Source: Eledone cirrhosa (lineage: Eukaryota). From it: 64,000 bases of DNA. The first letter of the stretch is position 1. Each line of letters starts with the position of its first letter. The notes beneath the pieces are model-generated. The model saw nothing but the letters and a program-made list of their open reading frames with translations. It was not told where the DNA came from and made no database searches. Where the stretch lies: the NCBI GenBank assembly GCA_964016885.1, contig OZ024741.1:345650001-345714000 (forward strand), given 5' to 3'. The translations under genes were made by a program, and so were the position numbers. Below are positions 12,638 through 25,699 of this stretch, piece by piece.

Positions 12638-12673
12638 CTTTTGAAAAGCAGAAGAACTGCGAAACCGGTAAAG
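12638..12673 (+). ncRNA. Minimal hammerhead with U3-A8 core variant at PLE 3' end
   Basis: CTT-TTGAAAA-GCAG aagaa CTGC-GAAA ccgg TA-AAG; palindromic stem III ACCGGT; GUA cleavage triplet. Confidence 0.65.
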
Positions 12674-12813
12674 GAACCAAATAATATATATATTTATTTA
12701 AAAATAAGACTCCAGTTGCATTTTCGATTTCATCTTCTTTTCTTTATACTTTCACTCGTGTAGGACACCTCGGTTATTTTTCATTTTGTAACCCCCCCCC
12801 CCCCAATCCTCAC

Positions 12814-12889
<76 letters not shown>

Positions 12890-12893
<4 letters not shown>

Positions 12894-13840
12894 TAAAATA
12901 ACAGATTAAAGTTTAAGCAAAGAATCGCTGCTTTCACCCTTAACGGGATCTTCTGAAACTAACAAAGTCAATCTGTAAACGCAGAGGTGGATATTTCAAA
13001 AAACGTTGCAACCGGAGGAAGACAGGAAACGATACTTTGGTTCGTGGAAACGTTCCCTGGCAAACAACGGGAAAAAACGAATATAATACGTCATAAATAG
13101 GAGCGGTGAAAAACAATTACGCGCAAAGACAGAACCACGTTTATGGTATAAAAGAGGTCGTAGACTAATGTTCTCTTAGGTGGTTCATAGTACTAACTGT
13201 AATTATAGGAATCGGGTTGATTACCCCCTTTCCAGGAAATGCCTCTCTAGTAACATTGTCTACAAATGTAAGGTTGAAACACCCACGTCCCGTAGGGCCT
13301 ACATTGGGTTAACCAACAATAGATTCAAACAGCGTCTTTACATGCATACCCATTCTTTTTGTTACCCTCTAAGAAGGAATATGACGTCACTTTCAGCTTA
13401 TATCTGGAGTCTAAAAGACAACTACACACAATATAAGTTACACTGGGAGATCCTAGCTAGGGCTAGATCGTATAACGGTAATAAAAGACTATGTGACCTC
13501 TGCGCCGCCGAGGCCCTGGAAATACTCTACGCCACAGACCACATCTTAAACAAAAAAATGAGGCAATTTCCGCTTGTAAACATAAATTGCACAAAACTTT
13601 CCTGTATTACAGCCCCACGTTATACCCTAACGGATAGTGCGATCTATACGTGGATATTTTACGTCTTGATGTGGTAGCTAAGTATATGTTTTGTTTATAC
13701 CATTACTTATTTGCATAGGTAAGTATATATTACCTGTATGTTTTGTGAAGGTACGTATACCTTCTCGTACGTATATTTGATTGTATATGTTATGGCGTAT
13801 AATTTTATATATTCTGGTACATATGGTTTGGTTATGTGTA
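12890..13840 (+). mobile_element. 5'-truncated PLE (GIY-YIG end) with inverted pseudo-LTR upstream; same family as 46265-48514
   Basis: ORF 13180-13677 (NIVYKCKV...YIGLT...FKQR...CDLC) is near-identical to the C-terminus of 46731-48632; 12890-13060 is the inverted terminal piece. Confidence 0.88.
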
Positions 13841-13849
13841 TTTCAAAGG

Positions 13850-14691
13850 GATAAAATAGGGCGTTCCGCAGAGCTATCAGACGAGAGGGACTAGATATCC
13901 AACTGGCCCACTCAGGACCTTCTCTACGCGGACAGCTAACCAAATGACACTCCACCAGACATGACAACCGCTGCAGGCTAGCCAAATGCCCCATCAACGA
14001 CACAGACTTATGCCATCAGGCTTACGTCGTATACAGACTAGAGTGCGACAAATGCAGCAACTTCTACGTAGGTAGCACCACCAGACCACTCCACATAAGA
14101 ATAAAAGAACACCTCAATACTAACGCTTCCTCATTTAAGAAACACCTAGTAAAATGCAAAAACACCGACAAAACCATAACAGTTAGGATAGAAACTAAGG
14201 AAAGAAACCTCGGCAATCTTAGAATTAAGGAAGCACTAATTATAGACAAAACACAACCACCAACCAATAATAGACTAGAACTCAACACCCAATTTATAAC
14301 TTGATAGAGCATCTAGCCCCATACTTACACCCCCAAACACACATGCACACACACACACATACTTACACATTCACGCATTCTCCCACACACTTAAACAGAC
14401 AAAAAAAAACTTTTAAAGGGAGACTACTCTTTATCCACTTAACCTTAACTCTTTGACATTAGAGATAGAACAGATACTCTATACCATTTCTTGCCAGCAT
14501 GACTTGGCAAGCTATTTAGAAAACTGGTTTAACCGCTTTACTTCTCTCCGAAGAAGAGATATTATCTCGAAAATTAAGGACATTTAAATAAATCTAAGGT
14601 AAAAGACTAATTGTCAACAATATCTTTTGCATTTGCATTTTTTTAAAATTCTATGTCCATACCTGTATTGTTTGGCTTTAAAAATTCAAAC

Positions 14692-14694
<3 letters not shown>
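13850..14694 (+). mobile_element. 3' fragment of another PLE family (GIY-YIG C-terminus plus 3' UTR), absent from the ORF track
   Basis: Plus-strand translation of ~13970-14304: CRLAKCPINDTDLCHQAYVVYRLECDKCSNFYVGSTTRPLHIRIKEH...LRIKEALIIDKTQPPTNNRLE*. Confidence 0.85.
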
Positions 14695-14769
<75 letters not shown>

Positions 14770-14939
14770 TAAGACAATGCGAAATTGGTTGTAAATTGAA
14801 GATGAAAATATTTGTTACCTGATATTTATTGTTATCATTGTTTTCGTCTTAAGACTTCTACAGAGTATGGAGAACTCTCTGAGCAAAAGGTTCCGGTTTT
14901 ATCCCTTTGAAATTTTATTTAAATTAAAAATTTAAAAGC

Positions 14940-17588
14940 CGCCTCCGCTACAAGACTATCCACGACAAGCGTCAAAGTCTTTGCAACCACCTTGGCCAAA
15001 ATGTTAAACTCTGTGATTAGCAGAGTTATGGGCCTGAAGTTGTTTATTTCCCCATCAGCGTTATTACACCCCGATTCACAGAACTGGGATTACTCCCGTT
15101 CTGCTGCCAGTCGCAGTCGATTACTTCGAGGAGAATGGAAATCAAACCTAGCATATCTACGTAAAACTCGTAGAGCAGATCATCCAAACCTGTTGACTTA
15201 GGCCTTGTGCTGCCGACCAGGGCATCCATGTTAACGGCTTTTCGCAGTAATCCGCATCAGCTGGCGAGAGTCGAGGCAGGCCGTCGAGGTAGGAACGGTC
15301 TTGGACATTGCTGGCGAAAAGCCCCACACAGCTACCTGGAATCGACCAGCCCGCGCTTGTCTCGCTCTGTCAAAGACCGAATTATGGTTTTGTTACTACA
15401 CTGCGCTTCTGCCACTCGAGCCCATTGAAAAGCCTTCGTCCTCTTGTTTTATAGAGCACGCACCTTAGATCTATTGCAAACTTCTATCGCTACTTCTTTA
15501 GTAAAAGCTATTGATTCTACTCTAATCACTCTCTTGAAAGCACCCCACCACCTGTTGTTGACGGCTTCCCCTGTCAACTTATGTTTAACTAGAGTGCTGA
15601 TCCGCTTTATGCACTGGGAATGATGCATTAAGCTTCCAGTAATTTGTGATCAGAATAAGCGATCGTTTGGAATTGTGGACAACCTAAACTATCCCTATTT
15701 GCTAACCTAATGAAAAACCTACCTATATACGATCTACTTCACCCCATGCAGTTGGGCCTGGTTCACACTAGAGCATTCGAAAATCTAGTCGGGACCTGTC
15801 AGATAGTTGGAACTGCCTGATCAGATTCTGTTATTGAGGCTTGTAACCCCACCTCTATCTGCTAATCTCACACAATCCACGCGTGCGTCAAATATGTCAT
15901 TACAGCACCCCACTAACAGCAAAGGGCAAAACGTTCCTAGAAATTCTTCCACATGCATAAAGGAATCCTTCCGTCAAGCCACGCTTGGGGTTTAGAGAGG
16001 CACCTGTTTAAAGATACTACATACACTATTGCTCACGTCGAGAACCAGCAAGTTACCCACCGGGTCGAGGAAGATCGTCTGTTCCTCGAGATCCAGGCCT
16101 TTCTAAACAGCACTGCCACCCGCCTCCTATTCCAGTCTGGAAAAGAGATGCGAAGATCTGATAATCGTCGAAATTGCGGACAAGTGTGCGTGTCGGAAAT
16201 TCTGATATCGATGATGACAGTTTGATGCGATGTGCCTATATTTGTTGTGTGTGTGGTGTCTGCGTTTTCTGTAGTGTGTGTGTGTGTTTGTGTTTTGAGG
16301 AGAGAGAGAGAGAGATAGAGAGAGAGAGTGAGAGAAAGAAGAAGGAGAGTGTTTCTAACGGTCCTCCTAGGTGGTTTTGTTTGAGGCTGTTGTTGGTGGT
16401 GGTTCAGTTCCTGTTTTTGGTGGTATTGTTGGTTTTGTTGTTGGTGCCGAAGTTGTTGATGTTCTTTTTTGTTGCTGTTTGGACCCTGGCGTTGGCAGAA
16501 ACGGAGCTCTGTGACTTACTGCAACTTTTAGCTGAAGGCAGAAGCCGCGTAGGTGAATCGTTTCACCGCAGAGGTAACCGTGTGGCCTCTTGCAGCCAGT
16601 GACCATTTGAATTTCTGAGCTGTCGGGAAGGCAAACATGGTCTAGGATTTTCTTCAGTCCTTCTGGTTCGATTTGGAGAAGAATCTCCAAACCAGTCCCT
16701 GACCAATTCTCCCTCCGAGTCTTTTTAACATCAAGAAGGGTATCTCTACCTTCTACGTCTACACATCGCACAAGCCACTATAAGTCCAATCTTGGCGGGA
16801 TCCTCCGAATGGGGTCCTTCGAAGTTCTTCTACCCTTGTACCATAGGCACATTATTACTTGGTCCATTTATAGCAAAGGCTCTAGTTTTGAATAGCAGCA
16901 AGATTCTCCCAAATTGTTTGGCTCTTGCTATGTATTTAATATCCGGCATGATGTATTTTTGTCCGGTCTCCACTTTAGGTTGAGGGTCCTGCTCTGCTTT
17001 TCTCGATTTTACCAAAACGCATCTGTACTTTAAAGATCTCCTCCCTGTTCATGCCACTACCTCTGCTAGAACATTTAGGTTGGCCCAGGTTTCCTTCTTT
17101 CCATCGGTTTGGCTGCCTGAGCCAAACATGTTCTTTGTCCGTGATGTCCATGGTGAACATTTCTTGCGCTTTTGTAGCTGTGGCCACAAATACGCTGCCG
17201 CTGTTCATGCTGTCGCTGCTGTTGTTGCATTTGCTGATATAATTTCCACTGCTGCTGCTGTCGTCACCGTTTCTCTTGCTGCTATTGTAGTTAATATTGT
17301 TTTTGTTGTTGTTTTTGTAGTCGTCTCTGTCACTTGTTTGGGTGTCTTTGTTGTTGGTGGTGGTGTTGCCGGCGTTGGTCACTTTTGTGTCTGTAGTGGT
17401 GGTGGGGTAAAACTGGTGATGTTTATGGTGGTGGGGGAAATGACGCTTGTCTGTATCTTTGAATTGTTATCACGTGATTGCTGACTCAATGCGAAGGGGC
17501 GTACGCCGTCCATCTCTGTTAAACGTTGAAAACAAAAAATTAAAGTTCAAATATTTGGGCCTTCGGACCTTAAACATAGGTTACTTGC
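14940..17588 (-). mobile_element. Decayed L1/Tx1-type LINE, 5' half (ORF1, APE endonuclease, start of RT)
   Basis: PKSTGLDDLLYEFY and NFRPITLL RT motifs; ORF1 segment GTGLEILLQIEPE is homologous to GGTDLEILLQMKPE at 33175-33504; 5' end abuts (AAT)n. Confidence 0.85.
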
Positions 17589-17589
17589 C

Positions 17590-17632
<43 letters not shown>

Positions 17633-17790
17633 TGGCCCCGCCACGCTTTTTGGAACGCTTCAAAAGGCATGCTTGCTGGGAACAGCAAGAACCCTCCGAT
17701 ACGTCCTGAATATCTCAGGCTGCAGGTAGTGGCTTGATATTCATTTCAACAAACTTTCCAGTTACCTAACATCAATAACTGAGACTCAAA

Positions 17791-17843
<53 letters not shown>
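17590..17843. repeat. Two (AAT)n microsatellites
   Basis: 17590-17631 and 17792-17843. Confidence 0.95.
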
Positions 17844-18092
17844 TTCAGAAGAAAAAAAAGAAAATACAAGAAGAATAGGAGAAGAGAAGAAAAGGAGAAA
17901 AGTCAACAACAATAACAACAATAGCAACAACAAGGGCAATTGTTTTGGAGTCTGGTTACGTTATCGAATAGTCTGGTAGGTAGAAATACATGAATATAGA
18001 AATATATTATTAATAAACAAGCTGTCACATGAGACAAAGCAATATGTACGGAGGAAATCTGTTTTCTAATAATTTCAACTATACATACATAC

Positions 18093-18226
<134 letters not shown>

Positions 18227-18241
18227 TTATATATATATATA

Positions 18242-19841
18242 TCAGCCGTTAATATGCATAAGGAAAGTATATACTTTCAGACGTTCAACCATCTGGCAGG
18301 AAGGTATACGATGCTGACGATAGCTAATAAGCTTGAAACAAGTACATCGTTCCTGTGTCAGTGCTGAACAAAAAGGTGACGTGGTTGCCTAAATACAGTA
18401 CGGCGTAATTCGGGCTGTTTGTTTACAATGAAACAAACCGAGCATTATAATAAATGTTCGGTAAACCAATACGTGCATATATATGTGTGTGCATGTATGT
18501 ATATATATATACATACTACTGTACGTCTGTATACATATATGTATGTATGTATACATACATACTTACATTTAAGTAAGTGCCGTACTAAGAGTGAGAAATA
18601 AAATTTCGTTTCATTCTATTCCATTTATCGTTTTCGGTGTGCCCGGCCGACTGAACTCACTCGATATGCAAATTAGGCTGCTCAGCCGTTAATATACATA
18701 AGGAAAGTATATACTTTCAGACGTTCAACCATCGGGCAGGAAGGTATACGATGTTGACGATAGCTAATAAGCTTGAAACTAGTACATCGTTCCTGTGTCA
18801 GTGCTGAACAAAAAGGTACGTGGTTGCCTGAACACTGTACGGCGTAATTCGGGCTGTTTGTTTGTTTGTAAACAAACAAACAGAGCATTATAATAAATGT
18901 TCGGTAAACCGATACGTGCATATATATATGTGTGCATGTATGTATATATATATACATACTACTGTACGTTTGTATACATATATGAATGTACGTATACATA
19001 CTTACATTTAAGTAAGTGCCGTACTAAGAGTGAGAAATAAAATTTCGTTTCATTCTATTCCATTTACATATATATATATATATATATATATATAAGTATG
19101 TACACGTACATACATATATGTATACAGACGCACAGTAGTATGTATATATATATACATACATGCACACATATATATATGTACGTCTGGATTCACCGAACAT
19201 TTATTATAATGCACGGTGTGTTTGTAAACAAACATCCCGTATTAAGCCGTAGTGTCGAGCAACCATCGTTGCTCGTTTGTTCAACACTGACAAAGGAACG
19301 CTGTACTAGTTTCAAGCTTATTAGCTATCGTCAGCAACGTATACCATCCTGCCAGATTGTTGAACGTATATACTTACCTTATGCATATTAACGGCTGAGT
19401 AGCCGAATCTGCATATCGAGTGGGTTAATCGGCCGGGTGCACCGAAAACGATAAACGGAAAAAATGAAACGAAATTTCATTTCCCACTCAAGAGCGGGAA
19501 ATGAAATTTCGTTTAATTTTTCATGGCAGGAAGGTATAAGTTGCTGACGATAGCTAATAAGCTTGAAACGAGTACAGCGTTCCTTTGTCAGTGTTGAACA
19601 AACGAGCAGCGATGGTTATTAGACACTACGGCTTAATACGGGATGTTTGTTTACAAACACACCGAGCATTATAATAAATGTTCGGTGAATCCATACGTAC
19701 ATATATATATGTGTGCATGTATATATATATATATACATACTACTGTGCGTCTGTATACATATATGTATGTACGTGTACATACTTAAATTTAAGTAACAGC
19801 CGTACTAAGAGTGGGAAATGAAATTTCGTTTCATTTTTTCC

Positions 19842-19845
<4 letters not shown>
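18242..19845. repeat. ~440-bp hammerhead-containing repeat, tandem and inverted copies (retrozyme/pseudo-LTR-like)
   Basis: Units 18242-18681 and 18682-19065 (+), 19095-19490 (-), 19523-19845 (+); hammerhead motifs at 18308 and 18748 are 440 bp apart. Confidence 0.88.
18308..18350 (+). ncRNA. Minimal type I hammerhead ribozyme
   Basis: ACGATG-CTGACGA-TAGCTaataAGCTT-GAAA caag TA-CATCGT; other copies carry palindromic stem III ACTAGT (18748, 19298, 21615, 49025). Confidence 0.85.
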
Positions 19846-19909
<64 letters not shown>

Positions 19910-19913
<4 letters not shown>

Positions 19914-20775
19914 TGATGTGCAGAACAAACAAACAGTAAATAATCCTTTAAATAAATTAAAAAAATGATTTAAATATCTACCTGTTCATAATGCTATTAC
20001 AGGTGGTTTCCATTTACAAAAGATTAGAAATTCAGAGAATTTCCAACGGAAAGTAAACTTCATCAGATAGCTATTTCCATTCTATGGGACTTACGTCCCA
20101 CGGTCCGCAAATATAATGCCAACTACCAGCTCGTATGAGTTATGGCCGTTAAAGAGACTCACAATGTTTGTTTGTTCTGCTCATCAATTTTTATAGTTCT
20201 GGTATCTCGAATTAGTACCATAGAACAACAATTATATTATAGACACCCTATATATCTCTATGGGTACTTAGTACTCAGTGAGATATTTACCTCATTTTTA
20301 TATATTCTCCAATCTATGTAGAGAAAAAATTCGTTGTTGCTTACTGCTATTTTTTTAGCAGCCAAGCCATCAACAAGTCTGTAATATTCCCGCTTTCACT
20401 AGCGGCCGGTTCATGTGTGGGTCACTTTAACGGCTATAACTCATACGAACTGGTAGTTGGCATTATATTTGCGGACCGTGGGACGTATGTCCTATAGAAA
20501 GGAAATAGATATCTGATGAAATCTACTTTCCGTTGGAAATTCTCTGAATTTCTAATCTTTTGTGAATGGAAACCGCCGGTAATAGCATTATAAACAGGTA
20601 GATATTTAAATCATTTTTTAATTTATTTAAAGGATTATTTAATGTTTGTTTGTTCTGCTCATCAATTTTATAGTTCTGGTATCTCGAATTAGTACCATAG
20701 AACAACAATTATATTATAGACACCCTATATATCTCTATGGGTACTTAGTACTCAGTGAGATATTTACCTCATTTA
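19910..20775. repeat. Inverted repeat (19910-20163 vs 20416-20670) plus direct repeat (20164-20300 vs 20642-20775); probable pseudo-LTR fragments
   Basis: Arms are visibly reverse-complementary over ~250 bp; they contain a CTGATGA with no convincing hammerhead closure. Confidence 0.8.
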
Positions 20776-21032
20776 TATATATATATATATATACACACAC
20801 ATGTATACATATTGATATATGATATATATACACAAATATACAAAACATTGTACACATACACATGCATTCACCCATATACATATACACTGTACTATCGCTA
20901 CGTACATGTTTTTCAATAAACTTGCCATGTATTAATTCATAAATGGAAACTAACTGATAAAGAAAACCTACTTCATTATACATTTACCACTTTTTCTCTC
21001 TTCCTTGCCTTCTGTTTCAACTCCCCGCCTCT

Positions 21033-21928
<896 letters not shown>

Positions 21929-22255
21929 ATATATATATATATATATATATATATCATAAATCATGTCCTTAGAATTATTAGATAAAATATATACCATTTC
22001 CTCTCCCAATTAGCATAATTAACCATATAAAAAATCAATTTGACCAGGCTATAAGAATAAAGGCTCCTATGAAGAAATATTTGATAAATATCCGAAAGCG
22101 GCCTCTTCGCGGTTGACCCCAATAGGGCATTTACCCAACATTTCAACAGCATGTAGAAACTGACTTAATATACCGTCAACCATACACAATTAGGTATAAA
22201 TTTAAAGTTAGAAGAAACGTGTACATACATACGTGTACATTACATACGTAATTAC

Positions 22256-22335
22256 ATCTCTACCATGGTTTCGTTCGTATTTTGAGATATCCTATTATTA
22301 AGTATGAATCTAGAGTAACGAACTCATCAGGAGAT
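22256..22335 (-). ncRNA. Type I hammerhead ribozyme with intact consensus core
   Basis: ATCTC-CTGATGA-GTTCGT...ACGAAC-GAAA ccatgg TA-GAGAT; palindromic stem III ACCATGGT; GUA site. Confidence 0.88.
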
Positions 22336-22529
22336 AAACTCAATATGACAGTTAATTTTCTAAAGCGATCGCACCAGAAATAAATTTTAAAAATGGCTAC
22401 GAATCGTGATGTGGCAGTGGTCAAGTTAGAAAGAATGTGATTAGTTGCTTACGGCGAGTAGGCTGGTTGCTAGAAAGCGCAGCCCAATATCGCCCAATTG
22501 CATCTCAACCCAACGGGAGATTATTAAAT

Positions 22530-22932
<403 letters not shown>

Positions 22933-22983
22933 GTATATATGTATATTATATATATATATATAATATATATATACATATATATA

Positions 22984-23876
22984 CGACGTGTGTCAGAAAA
23001 GTTCCAGGACTGATGTCACAAAAGATTTATTTCAAACCCAAATTTCACACTATGAGTTTTCTCCTTCAAAGTAATCCCCCTGGAGTATGTAGCTGTAATC
23101 TTAGCTCTCTGCAGCGATCAAACCTTTTTCTTCAAAATTTTATATACATGTCCTCTGTTTCAGGTCGTCAAGCAATGAGCCCAGAGCAACGAACAAACTT
23201 GAAAACTCCGCCAGAGCACTGGGATTGCTGCAGCAAATGTATGGAGATGAGACGATGTCACGCTCACGTGTTTTTTAGTGGTGCAAGAGGTTTAAAGAAC
23301 GACGCGAGGACGTGGAAGATGACCCCAGGAGCTGAAGGCCCTCAACAACCAGGACTGAGGTCAACGTTGAGCACGTCAGGCAGATGGTGCGTAGCGATCG
23401 TCAGCAGACTGTTCGACTGATTGCAAATGAGCCGAGCATGAATCGGGACAGCGTCTGGAATATTCTCACTGAAGATTTGGACATGCGCAAAGTCTGCGCG
23501 AAGATGGTGCCAAAACAGCTGAACGATGACCAGAAGGGTCGACGCATGCAAGTGTGTCAGGACATCCTCGAGCGTCTTGAAACCGAACCAGACTTGCTAG
23601 GGACAGTCATCACCGGTGATGAGTCATGGATCTTCGAGTACGACCCGGAGGGAACCCGTTTTGAAGACGTGGACGACATCAAAAAGGCCTTGACGACTGA
23701 ACTGGGAGGATCCCGGAAGTATACTTCCAGGAGTGCAAGCAAGCCTGGCAGAAAAGGATGGAAAAGTGCATTAGACCCCAGGGGGATTACTTCGAAGGAG
23801 AAAACTCTAAGTGTGAAGTTTGGGTTTGAAATAAATCTTTTGTGACATCAGTCCTGGAACTTTTCTGACACACCTC

Positions 23877-23877
<1 letters not shown>
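22984..23877 (+). mobile_element. Mariner (Tc1/mariner) transposon, internally deleted and non-autonomous
   Basis: ~67-bp TIRs (CGA(C/G)GTGTGTCAGAAAAGTTCCAGGACTG...), TA on both sides; HTH region, MVPKQL and ITGDESWIFEYDPE joined directly to the C-terminal GTRFEDVDDIK. Confidence 0.93.
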
Positions 23878-23911
<34 letters not shown>

Positions 23912-23916
<5 letters not shown>

Positions 23917-24057
23917 AAAAAAGATGAAATCGAAAATGCAATTGGAGTATTATTTAAAAAAAAAATATATATATTTATTTGGTTCCTTCCCGGTTTCGCA
24001 GTTCTTCTGCTTTTCAAAAGTAGAGTTGAGATGGAGGGTCTGTGGTTTTTCTCACAT
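23912..24057 (-). mobile_element. Solo 3'-terminal (pseudo-LTR) fragment of the 8325-12810 PLE family
   Basis: Reverse complement of 12600-12745, including the TTGAAAA hammerhead-like motif with its cleavage site mutated. Confidence 0.8.
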
Positions 24058-24109
<52 letters not shown>

Positions 24110-24112
<3 letters not shown>

Positions 24113-24445
24113 AATAACAGGAGGCTGGACTGGTATAAATCCTTGAAAGGTTTATTATACTATGAACATTTCAATAACCGGGTTCAGTATGAATCCGGTG
24201 ACATCATCAGGTATTCAAAATATAACAAAGGAAAATAACAGATAAAATCCATGAGGCTGAAAATCAGAGACAAGAGGACGACCGACTATTTTGCAGCGTC
24301 TACCTCAGTCGGCCGCCCTCATCTGTTATATTGTGAATACCTGATGATGTCACCGGATTCATACTGAACCCGGTCATTGAAATGATCATAGTATAATAAA
24401 CCTTTCAAGGATTTACACCAGTCAAGCCTCCTGTTATTTTATAAT
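24110..24445. repeat. Inverted pseudo-LTR pair, each arm with a hammerhead motif
   Basis: 24110-24228 vs 24325-24445; ATAC-CTGATGA...CCGG/CCGG...GAAA tgatca TA-GTAT at 24337-24394. Confidence 0.78.
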
Positions 24446-24580
24446 AATTAACTCCGTACTCGCACCACCAACTACACAAACGAAGACGGGTGAGTTGCAT
24501 GACGTTGAGTGCTCTCCATAATATTAGATCGAGACTGACCATACGGAATGACCAGTTCTATCTAGTGGTGAACCAACAAA

Positions 24581-24650
<70 letters not shown>

Positions 24651-24722
24651 CAGTATATATAATATATATATACATATATATATATATAATATATATATAT
24701 GTATGTATATAGTAGAAACAAT

Positions 24723-24760
<38 letters not shown>

Positions 24761-25184
24761 TGTGCGTGTATGTATATATGTCTATCTGTCTCTGTGTGTG
24801 TATGTAATTGCAAAGCTACATCGGTGTGATATCAAACAGAGAGAGTGGCAAGAAACAAGAAAATGGTATTGTACTTGTGGTACAGGCGTTCATATGTAAC
24901 GGAAAACGGGACAAAATGAAGACAAAATGGCATCTAGTCATCAGTTATTCGATTGCGGAGATTTCATCAGTTTTCAGGAATAAAATTTGTAACCGAGTTC
25001 GAAATTTCAACACATTTATTGATATTTATTAAGCACTATTCCAAAGATTCACCATAACTTCTTTCCATAACATGGAACTGGGAAATTATAACACACATAA
25101 CCCTATCAGTGAAGCCCTCTAGTATAGGTCAACTAACAGAAAATTGTATTATGGTTACGAAAAAAATTCTAAAAATTAAAAACG

Positions 25185-25256
25185 GTCATCGCGGGCCACT
25201 ATGACTAGTCTGGCGGGCTGGATTGTGGCCCGCGGGCCGCCTGTTGCACGCCCCTG
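25185..25256 (+). mobile_element. hAT (Charlie-like) terminal fragment
   Basis: GGCCCGCGGGCC subterminal motif ending in CCCCTG. Confidence 0.5.
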
Positions 25257-25699
25257 AATTAAACAATTGCTTGGTCAGTTGGCTATTGTGTCTAAATCGC
25301 CGCTATGTATGAACCGTTTATCAGATTGTCATTTCCTCAAGGAAAGCACAGAATGTAGTAGCAATATGTATGTTCCCTCGTATGCATCACTTGGCTAATT
25401 GTAACAGAAGTTTTATCAAAGTGCGGCATTTTAGAAATCATGTCTTATTGCGGTTGGTATATATCAGGGGTCTCAAAGTCAATGACTCAAAAGGAACATC
25501 ATGTTATAATACAGCTGATGCAACACAGCTGATAGGCTCCTATTTATTTTTTTAATTATCAAAATGAATACGTATATGATTCTAAGTAGTATATGTAAAT
25601 TACTATAAACTGTATGGGGAAAAAATGACCGTCTCAAATCTGTCTCGAGCCATAGAAAAGTTGTTTGTGGGACTCTTTGGGTGTTTATTTAGGAAGCGA

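Larger units (their letters stand above)
8325..12810 (+). mobile_element. Penelope-like retroelement (Neptune/Naiad-like), decayed, with upstream ORF, RT, GIY-YIG and long 3' UTR
   Basis: KGLKFTPTP, KEADKG, YGLPKIHK, WKRYLDD (RT); C-x4-C-x2-C plus LIYAIKCKGC...YIGQT (GIY-YIG); several frameshifts and stops; homologous to 41945-46210. Confidence 0.93.

Noticed and set aside
14546-14580. CCGAAGA-AGAGAT/ATCTC-GAAA at a PLE 3' end
   Set aside because: Plausibly a decayed hammerhead, but the core and cleavage site are mutated and it is single-copy here, so it was not called.
20508-20556. CTGATGA...GGAAA in the 20-kb inverted repeat
   Set aside because: Could not build consistent stems I-III.
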